64,000 bases of DNA, from NCBI GenBank assembly GCA_025201805.1, contig MU619239.1:227556-291555 (forward strand), written 5' to 3'. This stretch comes from Parasitella parasitica NRRL 2501. Its lineage: Eukaryota > Fungi > Mucoromycota. A model generated the notes under the pieces. That model saw nothing but the letters and a program-made list of their open reading frames with translations. It was not told where the DNA came from and made no database searches. Of the stretch, positions 13,828 to 27,253 are shown in pieces (the stretch's first letter is position 1; each line of letters starts with the position of its first letter). Both the position numbers and the translations under genes were made by a program.

Positions 13828-14512
13828 ATGAAACTTATTTACGGTTACGAAATGAGTAAGTCTGTAAAAATGGTTATTCAACCAACACAATGACTAAACA
13901 CATAACACACCAAAAGATGCCTCGGCCGGCCAAGTTGGCCATGTTATTTGCCCGCCTCTTTTATCAACCAAAATCACCTTATCAAGCGCTGGAAATACCA
14001 ATCGCTGGATATTTTATGGAACACGTACCCAAGTCCTGGAGTGGCTGAAAGACCATGGTGATATTACGCTGGAGAATGCCATCTTTGCTGGTGGAAAAAC
14101 TTGTAACAACAATGTCCATACTGAAATTGTTATCGATGTGCAATACGTTTATGACCAAGAACAGTCGTATGCCGATTACTTCAAGTCGTATTTCGTTGAT
14201 ATTTATAACGTGGAAAGGGTAAAGGTCGAGATTAGACCGCGTGTTGAGTCAAAGGACAGTGTTATTCCTTCTTTGAGCCGAACTATTGTTGCCAGTGGTA
14301 CTAGATTAGGGGATTTGGTGGATGATTTACGCACAGAATGGTTCAGACCAGGACAATCATATGCTCAGCAAACCATTCACCTCTTCAGTGATACACCTAC
14401 ACCTAATCATATTCTCGGTGCTAAACCACCTACTTCAATCCAAGTATCAACAACTACTGAACAACCTGCCACACTTGAAACTGACGTAAATGCCACTGCT
14501 GCTGTCCATTAA
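13828..14512 (+). CDS. Hypothetical protein (~208 aa, one intron)
   Basis: Exon 1 MKLIYGYEM, GTAAG...AAG intron, then an open frame NASAGQVGHVICPP...ATAAVH to the stop at 14512; poly-T/AT-rich 3' end. Confidence 0.7.
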
Positions 14513-15914
14513 ATTATTATTCAAAATACCTTTTTTTTTTTTTTATAAAAATCTCCATAATATCATATAAACAAACGTCTTTCCTGTTGTTCTGTACATT
14601 TTGAACATCAGCATGCTTTTGCATTATTATTATATTTACTGATAGAATATACTCAAATCTGCTGAACTATGCATTTTCTGCAGCCAATCGCAATTTGCGC
14701 TCGTTTTCGGGCAAGCGGCCAATTGTTTATGAATCAACAAGGACCTACTTTCGTAATCAACTGCTCAGAAAACAATAACTTCAATGTAGGAATTAAATAT
14801 AAAAATACATACAGTATACTATTTGATGTAGAGCAAAATAAATCCTCTTCTTTAGCTTCATTAATAAAGGCATGGGCAGGGGTTACTGTCTCAGCATAAT
14901 TGATCTGCCATAATCCAAGATAGGAGATCATGATAATGTACTTCAGTTCAAGATTTGAGAATAAAGTCTCTGTTTCAAATCAAGAAGGTTATTCATGTAA
15001 CAACACAGATCTGAGCACCAGGGGATAAAGGTTAAGGCACTGTCAGATCAAAGACGTGTAGCCCTTGTTGTATAATCCCTCACATCGTACCTCTTGTCAA
15101 GTAGATTGTTACTGAGAATTAATCATGTCAATCAGTAATCTAAATAAGTCACCATAAATTTATGTAGTTGTAAAATGTATAAATAGCAGATGCAATTTCG
15201 ATTTTAAATAAAGTATCTTCAAGCTTTCGTATCTCGTTAACCTTTGGTTTTAATCTTTTTGGATCCTACAAATAGATACAGATAATCTCTATATGTGTGG
15301 ACAGTTGATCAATTTGTATGCATGCCAAGTCGCCTTTGGATGGGAAGCAAGCTTAGGAACCCTTTATCTTTACATTTCTTTATCAAGATGTTGCCTTTTG
15401 CCTTTTTGGATCCATGCATTCTTTTGCTAAATCTACGGCTATCCCTATGATTTGAAAATTAAAAGAAAATTGATACGGAACAAATGCTTTTTAAAATAAC
15501 CCTTAATCTTAATTTGCCGCTGAGATACCAAGCAACAGAGCGTCTGTGCGGTAATGCTTACTTCAAATCATCGAATAGTTTAACATTATCACACTGACGA
15601 ACAAATCAATGGTTCTGATCAATTATAACAAAACCAACGAAGCTTAAAAGTAGATTTAAGCATTATATTATAGCCATTTTAAGATCTATTTTGCTATTTT
15701 TCAAGAGCTTAATGTTACCACAACTTCTTTGTGTAAACCTTGCGAGAGTTTCTTCCGATTCCGAGGGATCGTCTGTGAAATATCGTCACCAACAATCAAA
15801 CACCCCACAATATACCCCCCCTCTTTTCATTTATATTCACGTGCAAATAATATTGAAACAATTTTCGCCTTTTTTTTTTCAACTATTACTTACATTCGAA
15901 TCAAATAATTTAAT

Positions 15915-17591
15915 ATGAATACCTACCACAAGCGACATATTGAAAACAATGAATTATACAGACAGCATGAACGTACAATAGAAAGCATACACAGCGCGGT
16001 GCAGAGAGAAGTACCGCATCTGATTCATGAATTTGATGTATCAATACAAGAGGTGGATGCATTAAATGATTTCATTGATGACAAAGGTAGTGATAATCCA
16101 TGCTGAGTGCACATATATACGTACGCTAAACACTTTGGTAGCTACACTATTCCGATTTTTGCGCAAAAACAACTATTCGCTACCGACGGCGTTATCTTTG
16201 TTGCTAGATACAATTCGTTGGAGAATCATTGCAGACATTGATAATATCAGAATACCTTCAGTTGCAGATGATTTCCTGAATAAGCCTCTAGTTTATTTTC
16301 ATAAATACGACAAAGCTGGTCGCCCTATTCTGATAATAAATTTAGAACATCTACCCAAGGCACCAGCAAGCATCGATGCCAGCGAGTATTTGACTCCACT
16401 GGTCGTTTTTGTACTAGAAACAGCACGTTTATTACTTTGGGATAAATGCCAGGAAAGAATCAAAGCTAATGTGAAGAATCCAATGATATTGGAAACACTT
16501 GTGCTGGTTGATTTTAAAGACGCCAGTTCACTGCCTACGGTAAGTAATGTTCATTGATTTTCAAACGTGATATATGAATATTAAAAGTTATATAACAGGA
16601 TATCGGTTTATTAAAGTCGTTTGTTACACTATTAAGGAGGTACCCGGGAATGACAGGCACTGTTAATTTTATCAATTTCGGTTGGATGTATCAAGGGCTG
16701 TGGCAAATGTGCAAACTAGTGCTATCGAACGAAGCCAAGGCCAAAGTCAATTTTCCAAAGCTTAAAGACCTGACAGAGTTGATTGAACAGCAAGACATTG
16801 TTATTGGTATGTACGCCGATGTAAGGATTTAGTTTTTGAAGAAAACTAATGCAAGGCTTATAGACCTGGGTGGTCTTGATACATACCAATGGGATTTAGC
16901 TACAGATGATTATTATGCAAAATACAGACAAGAGCTCTTGCCAACACCTGCAATCAGCCGACGTAGCTCAAGCTCAACCATTTACTATGATACGCACACG
17001 TCGCCTTTATTGAGCATGAAATCAACAGGAGAGAAAATAGCAAGACCGCCATCGTCATTCAGTCTATACAACACACCATTGGCATCATTATCACCTGTAG
17101 CCAGCCATACAAATTTGGCTAGCGTAGCAAAAGCCTATTCCAACCTCTCACTGCAATCTAAATTAGGGAATAGTATGCCACCTCGTTTCCGTACAACCCT
17201 GAAGCAACTGGGAGATATGATGACCACTAGTGCATCTTCACAATTTGAAGAAGGAGTCCCATCTTGGATTCTATCTGAAAAGTTGCAGGCAGTTCAGAAC
17301 AGCAGTAATAATGGCAGTAATTCCAAGAGATCGTCAAGTTGGGTTTTGAAATTGATGTCCAAATTCGAAACCACCGCACGATACGTTACACTCAAATTGA
17401 TCAAGAAATTAATACGGTATAGAGGCACCGTGTATTGGATGGTTGCATGTATTTTATTGAGGAATGGTGTTCAGGAACTGCTACAACATGTGTTTTTAAT
17501 AATGATGGAAATCGTACTAAAACCAACGGCAGGAAATGCGGTTGGTATGCGTGGTTTATTACGTCTTACAACTGGTCAAATGACACTGTAA
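15915..17591 (+). CDS. CRAL-TRIO (Sec14-like) lipid-binding protein, spliced
   Basis: TLFRFLRK...TIRWR CRAL-TRIO-N, DKAGRPILIINL, RYPGMTGTVNFINFGWMYQGLWQMCKLVL, DLGG; hydrophobic C-terminal segment. Confidence 0.85.
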
Positions 17592-17611
17592 ATGACCTAT
17601 AGATGTATGGG

Positions 17612-17986
17612 TTACTCTAATAAATATTTACCACTTTTGTGATCCATCATTTCTGCTCTAATAATTAATATGTCTCTATCAGGTAAGGATCCCAAGAGCA
17701 TAGTTGGGTAAAGTGTGATTGTTTGATCAAAATGCGAGTCTTTTAGATTGATGTAGATATAATTGCAATCGCATTGAATATCAGGATGAATGGAGTCATC
17801 TTCTTCGTCCAAGTCTATCGCTGTCGTTGTTGTCAATGGTGAAATTGTATCAAATGTCTTTTGATTCCATAATTGAACAATTTCCTCATGATGTCTGTAT
17901 ACATATTCCAATTTCTTTTGGTTGTTTCTATCAAATGGTATCCACGCGTTTGTAAAATGATTATTCTCAAAGAACCAGATTACCAT
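17612..17986 (-). CDS. Small protein with a WWE-like N-terminal motif
   Basis: 124-aa ATG ORF; VIWFFE...AWIPFDRNNQKKLEYVY resembles the W..W..E signature of WWE domains. Confidence 0.6.
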   Translation of the reverse strand: MVIWFFENNHFTNAWIPFDRNNQKKLEYVYRHHEEIVQLWNQKTFDTISPLTTTTAIDLDEEDDSIHPDIQCDCNYIYINLKDSHFDQTITLYPTMLLGSLPDRDILIIRAEMMDHKSGKYLLE

Positions 17987-18367
17987 GGCAACTGTGTGTG
18001 TTTGTGTCTATATGTGTGTACCAGAAAAGGGCTCGTATGAAGGAAAGAGAGAGAGAGAACAAAAAGGGTTTCTTAATGAGCTAGCTTATATTGTAAGAAG
18101 CAGATACATGTGATATGTAGAAATGCCTACAACTGTAGTGTATTCTAGATAATAGCGTCATGATGCTTGTCAGTCAGTCAAAGAAGCAAGAATAAACCGG
18201 GTGCTTCCGACTGAAATGCTTTCTTTTTGCACCTTTCCGTGCAACCAAGAGTTTTAATCTCTTGTAAAAAAAAATATCCTCGAGAAAAAAAAAGGGGGAT
18301 CTTTCTTTCTTTCTCTTTGATTTCTTTCTTCATCTTTTCATTTCTTCTAGCACATCTATTAGGGTTA

Positions 18368-19630
18368 ATGACACAATACCACTATTTCAAAATCAACTCG
18401 AAATCTTCATCATCGACACCTACATCATCATTTGACATGCCATCAACACCTTTGCCTCATAATAACATGTCAGCCAACCTCTCTCATCAACAAACAAGGT
18501 ATGCATGAAGGCTTAAAGTATACCCCCAAAAAATCTCATCTCACAAATAGCCATCATAATAATCAATATAGCAAAGAATTTAATCCGGTAAGTACACATG
18601 CAGCAAGATATGTCGATGAAACAATTTACATGTTTATATTCAAGGATTGCAATAATAATGGATTATCCCCAATATCACTGGCTGGGCCATCTTTTATTAA
18701 TGCATCGCCTATTAATAACATCAAGTTACCCAGCATCAGAGAACTAGACAACATGATCATTAATCCAAACCAAAATCAAGCAAACCAACCAATAGCAGCT
18801 GTAGCAACGCCGGTAGTACCACAGCTCCCTCCAATCGTACCGGCAACTGCGACCACAACAACAAAACGACCCTTCTCTGTTATTGTAGAACAAGATTATC
18901 GTGCTACTACAACACAGAATAACCGTCCTTTAAAACGACCAGTAATGTATAACGCATTTCTTGTTTGATAATATCACTAATATTCTTTCATACAAAAGAA
19001 TAACGAAAATAGAAAGAAAATGAAAGCGTCGCATAGCAAGCAGCAGTGTCATTCATGTAACAGGTAAAGTGTGAAAAATATACATTTGTAAGAAAGAAAC
19101 AAAAAAAAAAAAGCTTAACCCTAATTCCTTCATCCGCACAGCACTGAAACACCAGAGTGGCGTAAAGGTCCCCTAGGTAATTGTCAAATTTTACATGATC
19201 ATCTTGATATTCATTTTGTCTTATAAATATACATTTCATTATCTTTAGGCCCTCGCACTCTGTGCAATGCATGTGGTCTAAGTAAGGACATTCACCGAGC
19301 TTGTTATTAAGGAGACGGTGGTACTAATTTCATTGTTCACTTTCCAATTTTTTTTTTTTTTTTTGTTTTTACTTAGTTTGGACCAAGCTCTGCAAACAGA
19401 ATGAGGAAGACAATCAAAGTAAAAAATCATCCACCGACAACCATCGTGAGTTTATCCATTTAAACTTGTTTGTTGTTGGCTCTTTACTAATGTTCTGAGC
19501 ACTACTAGCAACTCCAATATCCTCGCCTGCGTCGTCTCACACATCGTCATCTACCTCAAGTAGCAGTGATGACAGTAACAAGAACAACTCAAACTGCCAA
19601 AAACGCACACTTTCGTTCTTATTGACTTGA
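18368..19630 (+). CDS. GATA zinc-finger transcription factor, multi-exon
   Basis: Splicing three introns rebuilds [28 protein letters not shown](I)WTKL (19046-19395); upstream KLPSIREL; ends RTLSFLLT-stop. The 5' exon structure is approximate. Confidence 0.85.
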
Positions 19631-20450
19631 TTTACATATTACAGCCCCACCCCCTTTGATTTAGTTTACGCCTTGTACTGCCTTTCGCGTTTGAAAATGC
19701 GAAAAATAATAAAGGAACCAAGTAGACGACATCATTTCTTATCTTTTTTTTTTTGCAACACTGAATTACACACCTCTTACCAAAAGGATATCGCTTTAGA
19801 GAGTTCCTTGGAACATCAAGCTCCATATGAATTTGTCGGAACGTGCCATGATCTCAAATGAAGCATTTAGCTTTACGCATTTGGCATATGCAAAGAAAAA
19901 TTACAAGCGTACTGCTCATTATCTGTCAGCTCTACAGCGATATAACTGTTTGCCATGGGCTGCAGTTTTATAGCCTAGACATTTAAAAAGGCATTTTTGG
20001 CGACCTGTTAGAAGGGGGGTTTATTGATTTATACATGAATATTCAGGAATTGAAATGTGCGTTTCTGAGAACGACAGGCTTGCTTTTGGGAGTGGCGTAT
20101 AGTAATGTGGCACAGCATGCGTTCTATTACGTTCTGTTCGACAAAAACCTAGATAGATAGCGATAGACTATGCACATTAATCAGGTTCCAAAGAGTCCGT
20201 GTCCATTTGCGACAAAACATAAACAGCATTATTTACAGGTGAAACATATACACTCTACTAGTCGCAACTCATAAAGTTGCTGCGCATGACGAAAAGACAC
20301 CCAAACTTTTAGCAACATAAACACAGACCCACAGCATGCGTGCTTGTTCATCGAACCGTATGAGACGGTGTGTAAATGCTCCGTTGAAAAACTTGGCCGT
20401 TGATGGCGATAATCCGTTGCCAGATCAAACGAGCGAAGCATTACTAGACT

Positions 20451-20453
<3 letters not shown>

Positions 20454-20484
<31 letters not shown>
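20454..20484. repeat. (CA)n microsatellite
   Basis: Direct dinucleotide run. Confidence 0.9.
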
Positions 20485-20491
<7 letters not shown>

Positions 20492-20521
20492 CCACTGTAA
20501 CTAGACAAAGAATATCTTTAT

Positions 20522-22980
20522 TTAAACACTAGGAAATGTTGCTTGCACACTACGCTTGATACGAAGCATTTCCTTGAAGGTATCTTCATTACCATGTTGA
20601 ACTTCGAAATCATGCCATGTCTTCCAGAATGCAGGCTGCGTCTAGAAGTGGCCGTGTGTTAATGTAAACTCACGCACAAAACAAATAAAGAACACTTACT
20701 CTTGGATCGAACAACTGAGAGGCAAATCCATAAATAGCACGAGCACGATCGATTTCACCCAATTTTCTTTCCAGCTCAGCGTACCTTAAGCTCATTACAC
20801 GGACATCCTTGTCAGGAAGTGCCTCGATAGCACGCTCGTAGATTTCGCGGGACGCCATAATGCCAAATGATTCGGTTGCTTTAGCAATGTAGTACTCGTA
20901 CATGACCATGCGATCTTCTTCGGCAACTGCTTTTGTAGCACGATCGTAGATGCGCATTGCATGGCGTGCTAAGCCGTGTTCTTCTTCAAGCTTGCCATAC
21001 ATGAGATAGATTGATTTAGCGTATTTAGGAGGGCACTCTTCCAGTGCCTGTTCAAACAGGTCTCTTGCACGTTCCAATTTAGTGCCACCCTACATATTGA
21101 GGGGTAAATAAATAGAAACAGAATGATCATTTGCATGCAATGCAACTTACATAACGCTTCAAGAATCTCTCCAAATAGATGTTCCACAGCTCAAAAGCAA
21201 TTGGCCAGCCAAACAGTTCAATACCACGTTCATAGGCCTTGAATGACTCTTCAAAGTACTGGTTTTCTTCCAGAAAAGTTGCGTAATTTACGACCGTTTG
21301 TGGATTGGCAATACGGAGATCCATGACTTTGTCGTACACAGCTTTGGTGCTTTCAATTGTGCCCACGCTTTCTTCCAAATCCACGTAGAAGCTCCATAGA
21401 CGTAGACTCTTGAAAACACGTTGCTGCACAGGGATCGATTCGTCATGGAAATTGATTAGCCTAGGGTTGACAGAGAGCATGCCAGGGACTTGTGTAGCGC
21501 GGCTCATCACTTGGATAGCTGTGTCGAAATCATCATGGCGAGTTTCCATTTCTGCATATTCGCACCAAATCTCGGCCAGATCGTTGACAGATTTGTAATT
21601 CACCTTGACAGCCTTCTCGAATATAGCACGAGCAGATGCCAAATCCCCGCCATCTTCATAGAATTTGGCAAATCGAGCCCAGAGCTCATGCAATTTGCCA
21701 TGTGCCTTTTTGGGATTCACGGTTTGCACTGCCTGTGTGTATGTTTCCACTGCCTTTTCTTTATTGTCGCCCCATAAAGTCACTCTCTGCTGCCATTCTA
21801 ATACGTTGTTGGGATTTTGTCTCAGCAGCACATCATTCACCAAGAACGGTCTACGGTCCATAAGGCGTTCGAATCGTAGTAAACGCAGATCCAGGTCAAG
21901 ATCCTCCTCTTCGTCCTTTTCACCAGCCGCCTCTCTTTCACTGGCCATTTCCATCTTTGTTGTAATCATTTCTTCCTCGAATTCAGCATAGGCGTCAAAT
22001 ATAACTGTAAAATCTCGAACTGTCATGACAGTGGTGATGCCTTCCTCAAAAATATCTCTTGCCTTTTCTAATTGTGCCATTTTGATCCAGTACATGGCCA
22101 AGCGAGAGTATAGCACACCGACCTGATCTGTAAATCGCTTGATGCCTGATCGAATGATGGGCTCAACCTGCACACTCTTAATGTCGTCGCAATGCTCAAC
22201 AACCAATTCGCATAATTGTTGCCATAGTTGATAATGTGATTTTCCGCGGGCAGACTTGAACTTGTTATCGTTGACAACGGCTACAAGTTTAAGGGCTGCT
22301 TCGTCGTAATGTTCGAGTTTCGCAAGGCTCTCGATGTAGTTTTCGACAAACGTTGGCTCAAGCTATTTGACATACATAAGCATATTTGGACGCATTCGGT
22401 AATCAGTATCACAACGAACCTTGAGATAACGGCCGTAAATTCGAATGGCGGTTTCTCCACTAGCAGCCTTGGCAAATTGCAAGTATAGCTCCCAGATACG
22501 TCCATGCTGAGTAACGGGCAAAGCACGTAAAGCGCCGTCGAATGCTCTTCTAGTTTTTGTGATGATGGGAAGTGTTGTCAACAGGGAAAGGTAGTCTAAC
22601 CAAATGCGAGGCATTTTGTTTAAAAGAACAAGTGCGCGTTCATACAAGGCTATGACATGGTTGTATTGGACTTTGTGTCGAACCGCATTCAATCCCTTCA
22701 GTTTCTCGCGTCGAAGATCTAGATACTGTTTCCATAGTTTGTAAGAGCCTGGAAGTTCGTTCAGAGCACGTTCGAACACAAAGCAAAGCTCATTGAATGA
22801 TCCAAGTCGCTTATGATCGATATAATGAAGCCATGAGCGAAGTGAGTAGGGGCTTCGAAGGAGCTCTTCTTCATAAGGTATGTCGTGCTCGTTCTGCGCA
22901 TTTGGTAAGAGTTAGTACACTGGCTTTGACCACTAGGCTTTATTACACACAATCAAGAACTCATCTTGAGTAGGAACCAT
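20522..22980 (-). CDS. SYF1: Pre-mRNA splicing factor Syf1/XAB2 (HAT repeats), spliced
   Basis: [99 protein letters not shown]. Confidence 0.97.
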
Positions 22981-24193
22981 TCTTTGCGACGTTTTGATTT
23001 GAAAATAGAAAAAGAAATTTTACAGGAAGGACAGTTCAGTCCATGGTAATGTTGATCAACTCCGAGTGACGGTGGCCTGCCTTCTGAAGCTTCCAGTTGC
23101 TCTGATACCATCATTCATTTACTGATGCAGGCAGAATAATTCACTTCAATGCTTGTAAAACATACATAATCAAAGTATATGGCCTAATATCGCAAACCTA
23201 TTACAGTAAGCATGGTTGCATGGCAACCTTATGCTCTCATGGATACCCCATCAGCCAGACTAGCACTCTGCGTGCTACGACATGTCACCATAAAAATGAT
23301 GCTTGACATGAAGCATTAGTAAACACCCTGAAGCTTGGAGGTTTCTTGTCCATCATAGCACTATGCTATATACGCATCTTGGAGCAAATTACAGATACAA
23401 AATGTGGGTTCTTAAAAAAACAACCACTAAAGAATATACAAGTCTTTTATACTTTGTTGTGGACATGTTTTCTCTTTGGTACTAGATTTATCAAACCCTT
23501 CATATATTACCTCTCTTCTTGGCTGGCTATCTAATTGCTTGAGTCTCTTTAAAAAGAAGGTTACTTCATGTGATCATAGATCATGAAAGAGAAAAACACC
23601 ACCCATTTTTTATTTTTGGTTTCCTGATGATCCTCCCCTGAAGGTCTAGACAAGATCACTAGCGTTATCTGTTATGTCTTTCTTATACAGTGTGGTTGGT
23701 TTTTTTGGAATGGAAGAGTGAATCCCATGCAATAAGCAGCCATTTGTCCCCACCTACAATATTGTTAAATAAACCTCATGTTTTTATAGAAGCCTCCCCC
23801 CCCCCAAAGCAATGCTTTTTAATGGGCTTCATGAAAATCTCATGCTTTCTTTAAACCTGAATTTCAAGCGAATAAGCTGTATCATAGACAAAGATATATA
23901 CAAGTATTTCATATGACTTTAGGTACATATAAAAGATATATTTAGCTGGTTTCTTTCTTCTCTTCTAATTTAATTTCAATGAAGCACAAGTGATGATTCG
24001 TGTTACCAAATATGGTGTGTAAATCGTTTACTTGTCTTGACTTTTCCGCCTTTAATTGCTTACACTTTCCCCTTTCATTTTTCACTTGGCAAGAACAACG
24101 AAACAAAGCTCGAAAGAGAGCCTCTGTTTACTCTTTATTGCTTTCTCTCTCTCTCCACTCTTTCCTTATATATACATACCAATAGACAAATAA

Positions 24194-27100
24194 ATGCCAT
24201 CGTCCACTGCAAAAGACAATAGACGCTTAACCGGCTATCGAGATGAAACAGCAGACAACAGTCGTATAGAACATGTTCAACAGCACTCATTGTATGATGA
24301 TGCCATCGAAGACTACCATTCCAATAATGCAGCATGCTATGATGATACTTATGAAGAGTACAATGAAGATTTAGATGACCAGCAAGATGAAAAACAATAC
24401 GACGACGATGACGACGACGATGACACAGGCTCTGAATTAAGTGTGCCTGATCCGAATATTGACTTTGATATGGTATACGCACTTCATACGTTTGCTGCAA
24501 CCTTGGAAGGTCAAGCCTCGGTTGTAAGAGGTGATGCCTTGACGCTACTAGACGACAGTAATTCATACTGGTGGCTTGTTAAAGTATTGAAAACTGCTGA
24601 AGTTGGCTACATACCTGCTGAAAATATCGAGGTAAGCAACCCATTCATACGTTGCATCCCTATTTTTATTCACACAGAGAGGGGCGAAAAATAGACACCA
24701 CATGAAAGATTAGCAAGATTGAACTCACATCGTAACATTGAAGTGAGTGAATTATGTTATTTGCAAACATGTAGGATTAAACCTTGTCAAACATAGCTTA
24801 CCCGAAAAGATATACAAGATGCATTCCCCGCACCGCCATCTAGTAACCCCACAAAGAAGAAGCATGTAACGCTTGCAAAAGGCGTGCAGTTCCAGTCCCA
24901 GATCATTTATGGGTCTAGCGACGATGAAGGAGACTTTGAAGCAGAGTTTGAGCAATGGGATGAGAAGATGCATTCTGATGACTCTGAAACTGATGATGAA
25001 GAAGATCCTTACGATTATTACGATGATCACAATTCAAGCTATTCAGAGCAGCCTGGCACGTATTCGTCTTATTATTCAACCGAAACAACATCAGCAGCGC
25101 CTCAGCAAGGACAATCAATGATTCGTACCAAATCTTTCAATGATATCAGCGATATTATTAGCGATACCAGCAACGACACGGATGATCAACATAATCAACT
25201 CAGTAATGACTCTGACATTATTAATGACCCAGAAGATGGCAGTTCTCGTAATGTTGACAGGGATACGTTGAACTTGAGAGATGAAACTATCAAAATATCA
25301 CTTACGCCCTCTATTGCCCGAGGAAACGACGACCACAATCGCAGCTCTGATAGCAGTATTCATTCTAAATTGAAAAAAGCAGCCAAATTGGACAAACTAC
25401 TGGGTCCATCGACTTCTCCTGAACCTGCTGTGCAAGAGCAACAACGCCGTAGCTCTAGAGATAGTAATGACGGCAAGAAGGAAAAGTCAGGCATTCGCAA
25501 GTTCTTTAGTAGAAGAGGTAGCACTGGAAGTAACAGCAGTAAAGAGGGTAAGAAGAGCAAGAAATCATCATCACAGCCAACATTGGAACGACAGACATCA
25601 GGTGGATCCAACTATGAAACAGCGTCTATTAGCTCCCAGTCTACAAGTATGACATCCGCTGATCGTGATCGTCAAGGTAGTTTGGATTCCTCTACCATGG
25701 CTGTTGCTGCTGTTACAGCACAACCAACTCAGCTCAAGATTCATGCTGGAAATATCACTGATTTTGGCCACGAACCCTACAAGCTTGTGTCAGTCTATCC
25801 ATCTACAACTGCTTTGGAATTGATTCACCAAATCATCCGTCGTCCAAGTGGCGATAGTAAAGGTTCAGTTTTGGTAGAAGAGAATTCTGTCGCATATCAT
25901 GATTATCATCTGATAGTAAGAGCCTTGGATGGCGAAGAATTTACATTGGTACCATCTGACAAGCCATTAGAGATATTCCACTCGCTCACAGCTCATTTAA
26001 ATACACCCATGCCATCGCTCAAGAAAGCAAGACGTATATCGCAACTCATGGGAAGCGAGAATACACATATTGGAGGACCCAGCAGAGAGAGTATGCTCTT
26101 GTACCGAGACCCAGTGCAATTCTTTTTGTTTTCCAAAGCAAAGCGTATTGAAGATGGTGAAATTCAGATCAAGGTATCTTTATTCCCTTCTCAACCGCAG
26201 CAACAACAACAACATTGCAATGCAGATCAATCTAAAAGAGTAGATAAGCTTGTAAAGATTCCGTCCAGTATTTTGATCAAAGATGTTGTTACATTGTTGC
26301 TGGAAAAATTCCATATTTTGAATGGTATTGTAGCTGGCTCTACAACAAATGATATCCAGTCGCTGCGCTTGGATGGTAATGATGTGCTTGTTCAATATCA
26401 GTTGTTAATCCACAAGGACGGGCAAGAGAGTTTCCTTGACACAAGTAGCAAGCTGTTGGATTCATTTAGTGCTGATCAAGCACCGCCTATTCATTATTGT
26501 CGCAATAGTCATCCTGATAGAAGCTCTATAACAGTCAACATTACGCCTCCAGAAGAGTCTGAAACTTACTTTATCTTGAAAAGTGTTGATGGCATAAATG
26601 AATACCAACAGCATCATAAACAGCATAAAAAGCCTCGTTCTTTGTTGCGTCAAGATACACCTATGCCCCATCAAGAAACCAAACCTACTGATGGATTCAA
26701 TCGCAAGCCTGCGTCGTTGTATGAACCTCAAATAGCATTAGATGCCCGTGCTGTTACAAGCAGTCCAGAAGAAGCCATGCTCGAAAGCAAGCCTCTCCTT
26801 TCATCTCCACCTGATTTCAAAGACGATTTATTATCTCAATTGGATGAAGCCATTGATACCCTTACACCCAGAACTCCAACACCCATTGCCCCCTTACATC
26901 AATCACAACCGCAGCCACAAGCACAGCTATCACTACAGCAAAAGCAACGTCCACGCCCCGAATCGACTGAATCCATGCTATTTTGCAACGATTTTGGCAT
27001 GAATGATTTGATGGTCATTATTCGTGGTGCAGCTCAACTCGAGAAGCCTGTGCAAACGGCAAGGCAATCATCTTATCAAATCCGCAGTGAAATCAATGAG

Positions 27101-27253
27101 GTATTCAAGGATAGCCAAACAAGATTAGACCAATTGGAAAAGGTATGCCCAACGACACTTTTTAATGCTTTCATTATGATGACATTAATGATGTTGTTTT
27201 TTCACTAGGAATTGGATCGCATTATGACTGAAGCTGTCAAAGTTTTCCCTTAA
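24194..27253 (+). CDS. SH3-domain polarity/PP1-targeting protein (Tea4/Bud14-like), spliced
   Basis: IDFDMVYALHTFAATLEGQASVVRGDALTLLDDSNSYWWLVKVLKTAEVGYIPAENIETP.ERLARLN SH3 signature; KGVQF RVxF motif; Ras-association-like middle region; ends LDQLEKELDRIM. Confidence 0.85.

Noticed and set aside
14669-15250. Short ORFs between the orphan gene and the CRAL-TRIO gene
   Set aside because: No motif or coherent splice structure.
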